Numbered from the stretch's first letter, positions 43,578 to 55,243 are shown. The stretch is 64,000 bases of DNA from Methanomassiliicoccaceae archaeon (GCA_963728405.1 CAVSJV010000004.1:64001-128000); one strand, 5' to 3'. Notes: a model not told the origin generated them from the sequence alone. Program-made: numbers and translations.

Positions 43578-44846
43578 ATGGATGCGTACATCGTACTCTT
43601 AGTGGCCGCCCTGTCAGTTTCAGTGGGTTTTATTGCAAGCTATCTCTTCAAGCAGTATAAGGCCCCCGATGTGTTACTGTTAATTGGATTTGGTCTCGTC
43701 ATCGGGCCGAGCGCCCTTGGTTTCATAGACGCTACTTTCGCCAGCAAGCTCGTGGGGATGATGCCCTATGTGGCGGCTCTTGCGCTGGCGGTGATCATGC
43801 TTCAGGCGGGCATGGGCCTGAACATTCGCGATGTCATCATCTCCTTTAAGCAGGCGCTCATCCTGACGATTCTAGCATTCATCCTTTCTGTTAGTATGAT
43901 CACCGCCCTCTGCATGATCGCCTTGGGCTGGACCATCGGGGAAGCCCTACTCCTTGGTTTCATCCTGGGAGGAACGAGCGGGGCAGTGGTCATTCCCCTG
44001 CTATGCGGCATAGGTGCTTCGAAAAAGACCAAGGTCATGCTGACCCTCGAGGCGGCAATAACCGACGTGCTCGTCGTCGTTCTCGCCCTAACCGTCGTTG
44101 CTCTCATGGTGACAGGTTCCGCCAACCTAACAAGAGCCATAGCCGGCATCCTGACCGCCTTCTTCGCTTCCGCCTTCATCGGCATCATAGGCGGCATCAT
44201 CTGGCTTAAGGTCCTGGCATTCATGAAGGACCACACCTACTCCTACATCATTACCCTGGCCGCCCTCCTTGCCATATTCGCCGGAACCGAGATAATTGTG
44301 GACAGGACAGGTGGCGGGGCCATAGCCGCGTTGGTCTTCGGCCTGACTCTGACCAACGGGCACGAGCTTAACCGATTTATCAAGAAAGGTGAGAAGATCG
44401 TTAGTTGTGAGGACAAGATTAAAAATTTTCACGAAGAAATCTCCTTTTTTGTTCGGACCTTCTTCTTCATCTACCTGGGCGTCGTCCTCTCTACCATTCA
44501 TTTCCAGCCAGCCCACATAATCATTGGTATTGCCATCGTCCTAGCGTTGTTGATCGGTAGGCTCATCTCGGCCATGGCAGTGAACCGCTTCTGGGATATG
44601 GCCAATATAGACAGGATGACCATCGTGTTCATGCTGCCTCGTGGGCTCTGTGCGGCGGTGCTGGCCTCGGTGCCATTATCCTATGGCGTGGTCAGCGGAG
44701 AGATCGGGGACCTCATCCTTGGAACAACGGCGGTGGTCATCATCCTAACGACCTCCATAGCATCGGTGGGGGCGTTCATCATCGACTGGCAGAGCAAGGC
44801 CTGCCCTTCTGTCGAGAAGGAGGCGCCGTTCAAGCAGCCAGAATGA
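43578..44846 (+). CDS. Cation:proton antiporter (CPA1/NhaP-like)
   Basis: PDVLLLIGFG, TSGAVV, LEAAITD, FFIYLG, GRLIS and PRGL motifs; about 12 TM segments. Confidence 0.88.
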   Translation: MDAYIVLLVAALSVSVGFIASYLFKQYKAPDVLLLIGFGLVIGPSALGFIDATFASKLVGMMPYVAALALAVIMLQAGMGLNIRDVIISFKQALILTILAFILSVSMITALCMIALGWTIGEALLLGFILGGTSGAVVIPLLCGIGASKKTKVMLTLEAAITDVLVVVLALTVVALMVTGSANLTRAIAGILTAFFASAFIGIIGGIIWLKVLAFMKDHTYSYIITLAALLAIFAGTEIIVDRTGGGAIAALVFGLTLTNGHELNRFIKKGEKIVSCEDKIKNFHEEISFFVRTFFFIYLGVVLSTIHFQPAHIIIGIAIVLALLIGRLISAMAVNRFWDMANIDRMTIVFMLPRGLCAAVLASVPLSYGVVSGEIGDLILGTTAVVIILTTSIASVGAFIIDWQSKACPSVEKEAPFKQPE

Positions 44847-45485
44847 GGGAGCGCCAAGTGATCACTGCCCCAGTGCCATAGCACTCTGGGCCAACCTATT
44901 CCTTGTCCTCGAACACCCCCTTTCTCTCGAGGAAGAGAACTGGGCTCACCTTCGCTCCGATCAATTTGCCATCGATATTCACAATCGACAGATCGTTCAT
45001 CCGGTCGCCCATCATTGTATTCACCACCACGGTGAGCTTCGAACCCTTGGTGATCGCCCTGCCCAATATCATGATGCTTTCGACATAATGGTTGTAAATG
45101 TCGCCCCTAGAACGAGAGGGCGTTGCTGCCCCCGGCCCCGAGGCAATGGCCGAACAAATGCAGGCTCGTTTTGATGCTGTAATACTTAGACCGTCCTGGA
45201 AAAGCGATTGGCAAGCATCTGTTAGCTCGCCTCCTCCATCGGGGCCCCCCTTGACCCGGGAGGTCTCGAGCACTATCTTTTCGCTGGCATTGCCGATCAG
45301 CATATCGCTGACCTTCCTCTCGCGGTATGAAGTGGCGGGGGATCCGAAGAGGGGACCATATTCCAACCAAATGATGGCCGTCGACCATTGATCTGTTGAT
45401 CGATCGAGCTACATGGCCTCACCATATCCGCTCTGGTCTTGAATTCCCCTGGACGTACTCCTTCCCTAAAACTTCACGGGGTCTC

Positions 45486-47054
45486 CTAAACCTTCCTGTA
45501 CCGGATTATCTCTCGCCAGAACACTGGTGTCATTACAGCAAAGACTGTCAGGAATTCCAATCGGCCGGCCCACATGGTGAAGATCAGGGCCACTTTGGCC
45601 AGATCAGGAAGGCCACCGAACGTTCCCATCGGACCTAGCTGACCGACCCCGGGGCCAGCGTTCGATAGGGTGGTAATGGCCGCGCTCATCGAAGTGACCG
45701 GCTCAATGCCCAAGAGCACAAGAGCAACCGTGCAAGCGAGGGCGGTGGCGAAATAGCAGATGGCCACGGCCATCATCGATGAGATCGTTTCCTCACCCAA
45801 ATGACGCCCGTCGAGCTTGAGGGAGAAGATAGCCCTCGGATGCACGGTCTTGTAGATGGACGCATAGATGAACTTTCTTGAGAGTATGAAACGAACGATC
45901 TTGATACCTCCGGCCGTGGAGCCGGTGCATCCTCCGATGACGATGAGCGCCAGTAGTAGGAATAGCATGCTGCTGCTCCATAGGGAGAAGTCGGCCGTGG
46001 CGAATCCCGTGGAGGTCATGCAGCTGATCACCTGGAAGGCGGACGTCCGGATCCCCTGCTCAAGATCAGTGAACGTGCCGCTCCATAGCAGGACGAGCCC
46101 GATCAGGGTGGCAAGGACCACCAATGCCGAATACATCCTGAACTCGGCATTCCGCCAGTAGGTTCTTCCCTTACCGGTCGCGATCGCCTGAAAATGCAGA
46201 TAGAAGTTGGTTCCCGCAAGGAACATGAATGCTATGATGATCCATTCCACGAACGGGTTCTGGTAGAACGCGATGCTTTGAGCATGGGGGGAGAAACCAC
46301 CGGTGGACATGGTCGAGAACATCACCACCATAGAATCGTACATCCCTATCCCGGTCAGGAGGAGCAGGAGGAGCTGAACGACGGAAAGACCGAGATAGAT
46401 GTAATGGAACTTTTTCGCCTCTTCCTGTATGCGCAGTGAGATGTTCTGAACGTTGATGCCAGAGAACTCGTTCTTGGCCAGGCTTCTTCCTGCGATCCCT
46501 AACATAGGGAAGACCGTGACGAAGATCATGACGATCCCTGCCCCGCCTAACCACTGGGTGAAGCTCCTCCAGAACAGAAGGCTCCGAGGCCAAGCTTCGA
46601 TGTTGAACATGATCGAGGAACCAGTGGTGGTGAAGCCGCTCATGGTCTCGAACATCGAGTCGATGACGCCCATCCCATACATCATGTATGGGATCGCACC
46701 GAAGACCATGACCACCAGCCAGCCGGTCGTTACTACGAACAACGCCATCGTCGGTCGGGTCTGCTCGGCCGCTTGGTAACGAAGCAATAGGGGCAGACCG
46801 ATGGACGCGCTGAGCAATGGGGGGTAGATCCAGGGGCGGGGGTCCTCATTATAGATTATTGCAGTGGCCAACGGCGCGATGAACGCCAGGGCCAGGTAGA
46901 AGAAAAGCAGGCCAAAAAGGTAAGCAAAGGTGTTCTCCTTCCGGGTAATTTTCTCTATGACCATATAGCGCGTCAAGCCATGCTGCCTGAGCAGCATCTT
47001 GAAACACTTCCATGTCCTTTTCCACATGCCCGTATGGATCATCTTTGCGCCCAT
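45486..47054 (-). CDS. trkH: Trk potassium uptake permease
   Basis: FETMSGFTTTGSS, QWLGGAG, STGGF, GGCTGSTAGGIK, LSNAGPG and WAGRLE motifs. Confidence 0.94.
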   Translation of the reverse strand: MGAKMIHTGMWKRTWKCFKMLLRQHGLTRYMVIEKITRKENTFAYLFGLLFFYLALAFIAPLATAIIYNEDPRPWIYPPLLSASIGLPLLLRYQAAEQTRPTMALFVVTTGWLVVMVFGAIPYMMYGMGVIDSMFETMSGFTTTGSSIMFNIEAWPRSLLFWRSFTQWLGGAGIVMIFVTVFPMLGIAGRSLAKNEFSGINVQNISLRIQEEAKKFHYIYLGLSVVQLLLLLLTGIGMYDSMVVMFSTMSTGGFSPHAQSIAFYQNPFVEWIIIAFMFLAGTNFYLHFQAIATGKGRTYWRNAEFRMYSALVVLATLIGLVLLWSGTFTDLEQGIRTSAFQVISCMTSTGFATADFSLWSSSMLFLLLALIVIGGCTGSTAGGIKIVRFILSRKFIYASIYKTVHPRAIFSLKLDGRHLGEETISSMMAVAICYFATALACTVALVLLGIEPVTSMSAAITTLSNAGPGVGQLGPMGTFGGLPDLAKVALIFTMWAGRLEFLTVFAVMTPVFWREIIRYRKV

Positions 47055-48400
47055 TAGGGATTCACCGGGATGTCCAGTTTGAAAATCCGCTCGAGGACGG
47101 AGACGTCCATCTTATCTGCATATATGAGCAGGGCATCTCCTTCCTTGATCACCATGTCCCGGGCGGGTAAGATAGGTCCGTCATCGGTTATAACCATGGC
47201 AATGATGGACCGTTCTGGCAGCTCGATCTCCTCGACGCTCTTGCCATTGATACGGCATCTCGGTCCCACCATCAGGCTGATCAGCTCATTCTTGAACCCT
47301 TCCATCAGGAGCAGGACCTCATGCTCCGGAACGGTCTGCTTGATGATCTCATTCGCGACTACTTCGTAGTAGCTTACGGCCGAATCGATGCCCACCATTT
47401 GGAAAATATCCTTGTATTCTTGTTTGGAGAATGAAGTGATGGTCTTGGTGACCCCTAGATGTTTTCCTACTAAACAAGCGAGGAGGTCCCCCTCCTCATT
47501 ATTGGTGGCGCAGACCAGCACATCGGTCATTCCCACGTTTTCATTGCGCAGGACCAACGGGTCAGAGCCGTTATCGTTTATTATGATCGCGCGGTTGAAC
47601 TTTTGAGCCAGCTCTTTGCATCTGGATTCGTTCTTCTCGATCAACCGTACAGATATGCTTTCTTTCTCCAACATGCAGATCAGGTACTCGGCGACGATTC
47701 CTCCACCGATGATCAGCACATCCCTTGGCAACTTTACCGAACCGAGGAAATGGTCGAATTTGATGATGTCATCTTCCTTGCCGATGACGATGACCTCATC
47801 GCCGATGCGGAGAGCGTCACCCTCCAACGGAATGAAGGCATCCCCGTTCCGGTGGATGCAAAGGATCTTGCACCCCCCTGGAACAGGCAGTTGGAACAAC
47901 GGCACATTGGCGATATCATGACGGTCGTGAGAGAACCTGAACTTAGCAACCTCGAGGCCATACGCGGGGATGGCCTCGTGATCGATAGCGTTCTCCAACA
48001 GAGCTATCTTCTTCATCTTCGTAGCGACTAGATATTCAGGAGAGATGACGTGATCTACATTCAGGAAGTTGGATACGCGGCCCCCCTCAGTGTAATCTTG
48101 GTCCCGCATTCGGGCGACGGTCCTTAGGTTCGGGAACATTTTCTTGGCGACGAGGCAGGCGAAGATGTTTACCTCATCGCTTTCAGTCACCGCAAGGAAA
48201 AAATCGATATCTCCATCCAGGACCCCTTGGAGCACATGAGGGCTGGCGCCATTGGCGTGGAGTACCCCGACATTCAGGGTGTTAACGACATACTCGTACC
48301 GTTTCTCATCCTTCTCCACAACCATCACAGAGTGTTGGTTTGATAGGAGACGAGCTATGGTGTATCCAACATTCCCGGCACCGACAATTACGATGTGCAT
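47054..48400 (-). CDS. trkA: Trk potassium uptake NAD-binding subunit
   Basis: Tandem RCK domains (GAGNVG; GGGIVA). TAATG overlap with trkH. Confidence 0.94.
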   Translation of the reverse strand: MHIVIVGAGNVGYTIARLLSNQHSVMVVEKDEKRYEYVVNTLNVGVLHANGASPHVLQGVLDGDIDFFLAVTESDEVNIFACLVAKKMFPNLRTVARMRDQDYTEGGRVSNFLNVDHVISPEYLVATKMKKIALLENAIDHEAIPAYGLEVAKFRFSHDRHDIANVPLFQLPVPGGCKILCIHRNGDAFIPLEGDALRIGDEVIVIGKEDDIIKFDHFLGSVKLPRDVLIIGGGIVAEYLICMLEKESISVRLIEKNESRCKELAQKFNRAIIINDNGSDPLVLRNENVGMTDVLVCATNNEEGDLLACLVGKHLGVTKTITSFSKQEYKDIFQMVGIDSAVSYYEVVANEIIKQTVPEHEVLLLMEGFKNELISLMVGPRCRINGKSVEEIELPERSIIAMVITDDGPILPARDMVIKEGDALLIYADKMDVSVLERIFKLDIPVNP

Positions 48401-48751
48401 GCACGAACCACAACCGGAATGTTGAGGGGGATAGGGGTGGGCTACTAAAGGTTTATCTTAGGGGTCACGCTCGGCGGGTTGATGGTACAGATGGGCCCTA
48501 CCCCTGCCACCATATGTCGCACCTATCGCCCCCGATACGAATCGATGATCGCCTCGTATCCGCCTTTTAATGTCGAGCGGGCATTTCCTGCCAAGCGCAC
48601 CGATATATGAGATCGCGGTAGAGACCGTCCCGTTCAATTGTTGACATTGTCTGAAAGATGGGATAGATGAGTGATTTTTAAATCGGCCTTCGTTATCGTG
48701 CCGCGGAACCAGGGGGAGGTACAATTATATCTCAATAGCAATTCTAAGCCC

Positions 48752-49228
48752 ATGTCGCAAGTATATTCGAGGGTAATAAAAATCAGCGGGAATACCGGAA
48801 CCATCTTCGACGGGATGGCATCGTTCCTGGTGGCCAGAGGGTTCGTGATCAATAATGCCGACAGGCCGAACACAATGGTTGCGGACAGGGGCATCCTCCG
48901 GCCAACCAACAAGATCGAGAAGTACCCTCACACCCTGGTCATCGCCATGCATCCTACCGGAGATGCCCTGTCGTTGTCCTTTATTTATGTTATGAGCGAT
49001 TTCTGGCACTACACCGCCGGTGACCGCCTATTCTTCAACAACGAGATCGACCTCTTCGTAAGGGGCCTCGTGGCGGACGGAGCGAAGGTGGCGGCAGGCG
49101 AGGCCGTGCCATCGGTGATCGATAACGGCTATATCGAGGAGCTCAGACAGCTGGCCAAGCTTAGGGGCGAGGGGGTTCTTTCCGGCGAAGAGTTCGATCA
49201 GAAGAAGAAGTTGCTCCTGGGCCTCTGA
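48752..49228 (+). CDS. Hypothetical protein with C-terminal SHOCT-like motif
   Basis: C-terminus IEELRQLAKLRGEGVLSGEEFDQKKKLLL. Confidence 0.7.
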   Translation: MSQVYSRVIKISGNTGTIFDGMASFLVARGFVINNADRPNTMVADRGILRPTNKIEKYPHTLVIAMHPTGDALSLSFIYVMSDFWHYTAGDRLFFNNEIDLFVRGLVADGAKVAAGEAVPSVIDNGYIEELRQLAKLRGEGVLSGEEFDQKKKLLLGL

Positions 49229-49355
49229 ACCTACAACCGTTTACCCGGGTACCCCGGGGATTATATTTCATTTTCCATCATCACTATTCGATTTTTGCAC
49301 GGTTGACCGCTCAAGGATTATATATCTGTAGGACCGAGGGAGCTTGGGCGATGAT

Positions 49356-49688
49356 ATGGACCTCCAATTCATTCTGAAAGACAAGTTCCGACTAGCAGTG
49401 ATCGAGGACCTCTCGAACGGAGAGGAGGGCGCAGACAGGATCGCTAAGAAGAACCATCTGCCGGCCATGGCGGTGGACCGGGCGGTCCGCGAGCTCCTAG
49501 CTGAGGGCATAGTAGGGGGACCGAGCTCAAGCCTTTATCTCACGGACAAGGGAAAGGAGATGCTAGCGGAGATAAAGGGAATGGAACGGATCCCCGGAGG
49601 TGGCGTGGATTCCAAGGCCCGTTCCCGAATCCCCGATCGGCTGGGGCCAGAGGACAGCCGCCGTCGCAAGGAGAACCAAGGCACCTGA
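49356..49688 (+). CDS. Winged helix-turn-helix protein
   Basis: FRLAVIEDL...IAKK...AVRELLAEGIV...YLTDKGKE pattern. Confidence 0.7.
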   Translation: MDLQFILKDKFRLAVIEDLSNGEEGADRIAKKNHLPAMAVDRAVRELLAEGIVGGPSSSLYLTDKGKEMLAEIKGMERIPGGGVDSKARSRIPDRLGPEDSRRRKENQGT

Positions 49689-50726
49689 TCAGCCCAGTCT
49701 CTTCTTTAGTTCGGTGATCGATGACACTGGAAACGGGTCGACCCCCCTCAGCATGGCGAGATAATATGATACGAAGTCGCCGATGATCATACCCCGCATC
49801 ACATTCTCCAAGGCGGTTGGACCTTCCAGGTCCACGATGACGGGGTCCAGCTTGAAATCCTCGAAGATGGAGATGGTCGCTCCCATGATGTCGGCCATCA
49901 TGTCATGGTCCGACCCAGCCCTGAGGAATACCGGAACGTTGCGCTGGTCCCTCGGTCCGTCCAGCCAGCCTACGATCTGATTGTGGTCTGCCTCCGGCAA
50001 CTCGCCCGACAGGCATAGCATCTTGGAGTTCTCGTTGATCTGGGTCTGCCATCTCCGGGCCGCGGTACGCATGTTCCGTGATGAATATATGAACGGCATC
50101 TTCCCGTCCAGTTGCTCGGCGATAAGCTTCGCAGGGTTCGCCGACCGTGAGGTCTCCGGAGAGCAGGCTTTAACCTCGTTCCTAATGGCCGGCAATAGGG
50201 ACCTCAGTTCGCTGGCCACCGTCGATATGTCTGCCGCCTCGACCACCGTGGCCGCCGCTCCGAGCAGATGTCCGAGGGCAGCCCGGGGCTGCAACCCCCC
50301 CGGCACTTTGACCAGCTTCTCATTGCACCCTTGGCAGAGTTGCATGAGCTTACCTCCGGATGTGATGGCCGCGATAGTCGCGTTCCTATGGCGGGCCTGC
50401 TCATGCATGGCCAATGTTTCCCTGGTGTTGCCGGAGTACGAGATCAGGATGACGAGAGTGGACTCGTCGACCCAGTTGGGGAGCTGGACGTCGCGGACCA
50501 CCGTCGAGAAGACAGTAGATGTCCGCTCGAGATGATCACTCAAGACATCGGCACCCATGGCCGAGCCCCCCAGTCCACATAGGCAGATCTTGCGGGGCCG
50601 CTGGTCGATCTGTACCTCGCTCGAGAGGGAGAAGGCAAGCTGAACGGGCAGGTCGATCATCTGCCTCAGCATGCCGGAAGGGTCGAGAGAGGCGAGGGCA
50701 CTGGCGTCATCCAGGGTGATGGGCAT
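49689..50726 (-). CDS. Archaeal-type bifunctional phosphoglucose/phosphomannose isomerase
   Basis: GLGGSA, SYSGNTRET, SGGKL, QPRAA, QINENSK and PEADHN motifs. Confidence 0.92.
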   Translation of the reverse strand: MPITLDDASALASLDPSGMLRQMIDLPVQLAFSLSSEVQIDQRPRKICLCGLGGSAMGADVLSDHLERTSTVFSTVVRDVQLPNWVDESTLVILISYSGNTRETLAMHEQARHRNATIAAITSGGKLMQLCQGCNEKLVKVPGGLQPRAALGHLLGAAATVVEAADISTVASELRSLLPAIRNEVKACSPETSRSANPAKLIAEQLDGKMPFIYSSRNMRTAARRWQTQINENSKMLCLSGELPEADHNQIVGWLDGPRDQRNVPVFLRAGSDHDMMADIMGATISIFEDFKLDPVIVDLEGPTALENVMRGMIIGDFVSYYLAMLRGVDPFPVSSITELKKRLG

Positions 50727-50893
50727 GCATCCTTGATGGCCGCTGATGATATATTATTATGATTGGTCCATGAAACGTGTGAATGCCCAATGGACCAGCT
50801 ATGCGGCGGCCCAATGCCTCACATCAACAAGAATTTTAGTAGCTACCGGAGACATAATATAGAGTAGGCAATATGGACGAGAAAGGTGCATAA

Positions 50894-51594
50894 ATGGATA
50901 AGATAAGCGAGGCCTATGCCGCGCTGCGATCCGGTCGGTTCGTGCTGATATTCGATTCGGACAGCAGGGAGAGGGAGACCGACATGATGATCGCCTCCGA
51001 GCATGTTACTTACGAGAGCGTAAGGACGCTCCGCAAGGATGCCGGCGGCCTAATCTGCACCACCGCGCCCGGTGAGGTCTGGAAGAAATTGGACCTGCCG
51101 TTCCTGGCCGAGCTGTTCGCCGAATCGTATGTCAAGCATCCCGTGTTGCGTGGCCTGGCTCCCAACGACCTTCCTTATGATACCAAGTCCGCTTTCTCGT
51201 TGACCATCAATCACCGCCACACCTTTACCGGCATTCCGGATGGAGACCGGGCGTTGACCATCTCAGAATTCGCCAAGCTGTGCAAGAAGGTCTCCGACAT
51301 GAGCGCCGAGGAGGCACGGGAGGAGTTCGGAAAAGCCTTCCGCGCTCCTGGCCATGTGTTCTTATTAAACTCTCAGCCTGGGGTCCTGAACGACCGCCGC
51401 GGCCATACTGAGCTATCGACCGCCATCCTCAAGATGGGCGGGATGTTCCCCTCCGCCACCATCTGCGAGATGATGGGCGATGACGGGAAGGCCCTGACCA
51501 AAGAAAAGGCTCAAGAGTACGCCAAGAGATTTGGGCTCGTCTACCTCGAGGGCGCCGAGATCATCGAGGAATGGAAGAAAAGCAAGTGGTCAAG

Positions 51595-51598
<4 letters not shown>
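50894..51598 (+). CDS. ribB: 3,4-dihydroxy-2-butanone 4-phosphate synthase (archaeal type)
   Basis: DSDSRERETD, AGGLIC, TFTGIPD.DRA, PGHV, RRGHTE and ICEM motifs. Confidence 0.93.
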
Positions 51599-52505
<907 letters not shown>

Positions 52506-52509
52506 GCAT

Positions 52510-52922
52510 ATGAAACGTTACAATATTGGAATAGTGGTATCTGAGTTCAACTTCGACATCACGTCGATGATGCTGGAGCGAGCGAAGGCGCATGCCGCCT
52601 TCCTGGACGTGAACATGTGACCAAGGTCATCTCAGTTCCGGGCGTCTACGACATGCCCCTGGCCATCAAGAAACTGCTCGAGGACAAGGCCATCGACGGC
52701 GTGGTTACCCTGGGATGCGTGATCGAGGGAGAGACAGACCATGACCAGATCGTCATTCAGCACGCCGCCCGCAAGATCATCGACCTCTCGTTGCAATACG
52801 ATAAGCCAGTATCCCTGGGCATCAGCGGTCCCGGCATGACCCGCCTGCAGGCCGAGGAGCGCATCGAGAAGGGGCGCGATGCCCTGGAAGCGGTCGTGAA
52901 GCTCCTTAAGAACCTGGAGTAA
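52510..52922 (+). CDS. ribH: Lumazine synthase; apparent +2 frameshift at 52613-52618
   Basis: [18 protein letters not shown] joins VPGVYDMP...[12 protein letters not shown]...GISGPG when AACATGT is read as AACGT. Confidence 0.92.
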
Positions 52923-52974
52923 AACTCCTTCCATTTCCCAATTTTTAATAGTATGGACCTGCCAGGTACTACCG

Positions 52975-53874
52975 GTGGATGATTTGCAGGGCAAGACAAT
53001 CTTCGTCACCGGCGCCACTGGAAAGCAGGGCAGCGCGGCGGTAAGGCATCTTCTGGAAGCAGGGTTCAAGGTACGGGGTCTGACCCGCGAACCTGATAAA
53101 CCCGAGGCTGAACGTTTAAAGGCGCTAGGCGCCGACATCGTCGAGGGAGACCTGGACGATCCCGGGCGCATAAGGAAGGACATTGAAGGCGCCTATGGCG
53201 TGTTCGCCGTCCTGACCTGGAAGGAGGAGGGACCGGCGGGTGAGGTGAAGCAGGGCAAGATACTCGCCGACGCGGCCAAAGATGCCGGGGTCGAGCACTT
53301 CCTATATAGCTCAGTAGGCGGGGCGGACCGCTCCACGGGCATACCTCACTTCGAGAGCAAGGCCACCAACGAGAGATACATGCGGCAGATCGGACTGCCC
53401 CTCACGGTCCTTCGGCCGGTACACTTCATGGAGGGCTTCAACGCTCCCAATGCCCAGAAGATCATAGCCGGCGGCCGGCTGATAATGGCCCTCGACCCGA
53501 GCAAGCCTCTCCAGATGATCTCGGTCGAGGACATCGGGTTCATGGCCGCTATCGCACTGGACAACAGGGACGACTGGCTCGGTCGATCGATGGAGATCGC
53601 CGGCGATTCCCTCACCCTGCCGCAGGTCGCGCAGAAGTTCTCGGCGGCCCTGGGGCAGAAGGTGGAATTCGTGGAGCAGCAGCTACAGGAACTGAAGAAG
53701 ATCGATAACGAGCGGTTCCTGATGATGAAGTGGCTGAACGAGTCGGGCTACCAGGCGGACATTGCAGCGGTCAAGGCCATGCATCCCAGCCTGATGGACC
53801 TGGAACAGTGGTTGGAAAAGGGCTATTGGAAAGGGAGCGAGGAGGGAGTGCCGATCCCCCAGCGAGCCATTTGA
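52975..53874 (+). CDS. NmrA/HSCARG family NAD(P)-binding protein
   Basis: TGATGKQG, YSSVGGA and PHFESK motifs. Confidence 0.9.
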   Translation: MDDLQGKTIFVTGATGKQGSAAVRHLLEAGFKVRGLTREPDKPEAERLKALGADIVEGDLDDPGRIRKDIEGAYGVFAVLTWKEEGPAGEVKQGKILADAAKDAGVEHFLYSSVGGADRSTGIPHFESKATNERYMRQIGLPLTVLRPVHFMEGFNAPNAQKIIAGGRLIMALDPSKPLQMISVEDIGFMAAIALDNRDDWLGRSMEIAGDSLTLPQVAQKFSAALGQKVEFVEQQLQELKKIDNERFLMMKWLNESGYQADIAAVKAMHPSLMDLEQWLEKGYWKGSEEGVPIPQRAI

Positions 53875-53919
53875 CCTGCGGCATCAGGAACGGCCCTAGC
53901 CTTGCTCGTTAGGATCTCC

Positions 53920-55110
53920 CTAGGCCACCTTGTTCATGTACTTCTCGATGGAGTCGAACGCGGTGGCGAGCGTCTCCACCGGCGGCAGGAACACCGCGCG
54001 GAAGTGCATCTTGCCGTACGTCTCGTCGAACCCCGAGCCAGGTACAAGAAGCACGTGGCAGTTGTTCAGGATGTCCAGCACGAAGTCGTGGTCGTTCTTC
54101 CAGTGCTTCGATTCGATCTTGGGGAAGATGTAGAACGCCGCCTGCGGCTTGGTCGTTGACAGCCCGGGAATGGAGTTGATACGCTTTACGATATAGTCCC
54201 GACGCTCCCGGAGCTTGCTGTTCATTCCCTCGAGGTGGTCCTTGGGACCCTTAAGGGCCTCGATGACCGCCATCTGGCAGGGGTTGTTGGCACTGATGCG
54301 CAAGCGTAGTTGACGCATCATACCCTCCTTGATTTCGTCCAGCTTTCCCTGGGGGTCGCGGAAAACGGTGTACCCGAGCCTCCAGCCGGGGAGCAGGTCC
54401 ACCTTGGAGAACCCATTGAACAGGATAACCGGGACGTCCTTGGACAGCGCTGCCGGAGAGTGGTGCACGCCGTCGAAGGTCATGAGGTCGTAGATCTCAT
54501 CGGAGATGATGAACAGGTCATGCTCTCCAGCCAGGTCGGTGATCTCCCTGAGCACCTTGTCCGAGTACAGCGAACCGGTCGGGTTGTTCGGGTTGATGAC
54601 CACGATGTACTTGGTCTTCGGCGTGATCTTCTTGCGCATATCGTCCACGTCGGGCTGCCAGTTGGTCGCCTCATCTGCCTTGTAGGCGACCGACGTCCCA
54701 CCGAAGAACTTGGTGAACTCAGTATAGGAAGGATAACCGGGACCAGGAACAAGGACCTCATCGCCTACGTCCACCGCGGCGGCGGTGACCATCTGGATGG
54801 CTTCAGTGACGCCATTGGTGATGACGCAGTTGTCGATGCTCACGTCCACGCCGTTCTTCTGTTTCTCCTTCTCGAGGATGGCCCGGCGCAGCTCGACGTC
54901 TCCCTCCGACTCGGCATACCCGTTGTCGTTCACTTCCACGGCGCGGCACAGAGCGTCGCGCACGTGCTTGGGCGTTTCGAAGTCATACTTATTGGGATCT
55001 CCGATATGGAGCTTGATGATCTCCGCGCCCCTCTTCTCCAGCTCTCTCGCTGGCAGTAAGATGTCACGGATGGCGTAGGACACGCCCATCGAGCGCTTGG
55101 TCGCTTTCAT
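53920..55110 (-). CDS. Class I/II PLP aminotransferase (AlaA-like)
   Basis: YAIRD, HIGDP, NPNNPTG, DEIYD and GFSK...PGWRLG motifs. Confidence 0.92.
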   Translation of the reverse strand: MKATKRSMGVSYAIRDILLPARELEKRGAEIIKLHIGDPNKYDFETPKHVRDALCRAVEVNDNGYAESEGDVELRRAILEKEKQKNGVDVSIDNCVITNGVTEAIQMVTAAAVDVGDEVLVPGPGYPSYTEFTKFFGGTSVAYKADEATNWQPDVDDMRKKITPKTKYIVVINPNNPTGSLYSDKVLREITDLAGEHDLFIISDEIYDLMTFDGVHHSPAALSKDVPVILFNGFSKVDLLPGWRLGYTVFRDPQGKLDEIKEGMMRQLRLRISANNPCQMAVIEALKGPKDHLEGMNSKLRERRDYIVKRINSIPGLSTTKPQAAFYIFPKIESKHWKNDHDFVLDILNNCHVLLVPGSGFDETYGKMHFRAVFLPPVETLATAFDSIEKYMNKVA

Positions 55111-55243
55111 GATGACGGGCCTCAAATACTGGCCTTAAATAAACTTCGAATATAAACTAGCTTCTACCAGAGCCCATGAAGTCACCGCACGTTCAATGGA
55201 CATTCAAAAAATGTTTTAATACCCCTACGCCTACACGCTGGTC

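Noticed and set aside
44896-45366. 156-aa minus-strand ORF between the antiporter and trkH
   Set aside because: No recognisable motif. It may be a decayed gene or spurious, and I cannot support a call.
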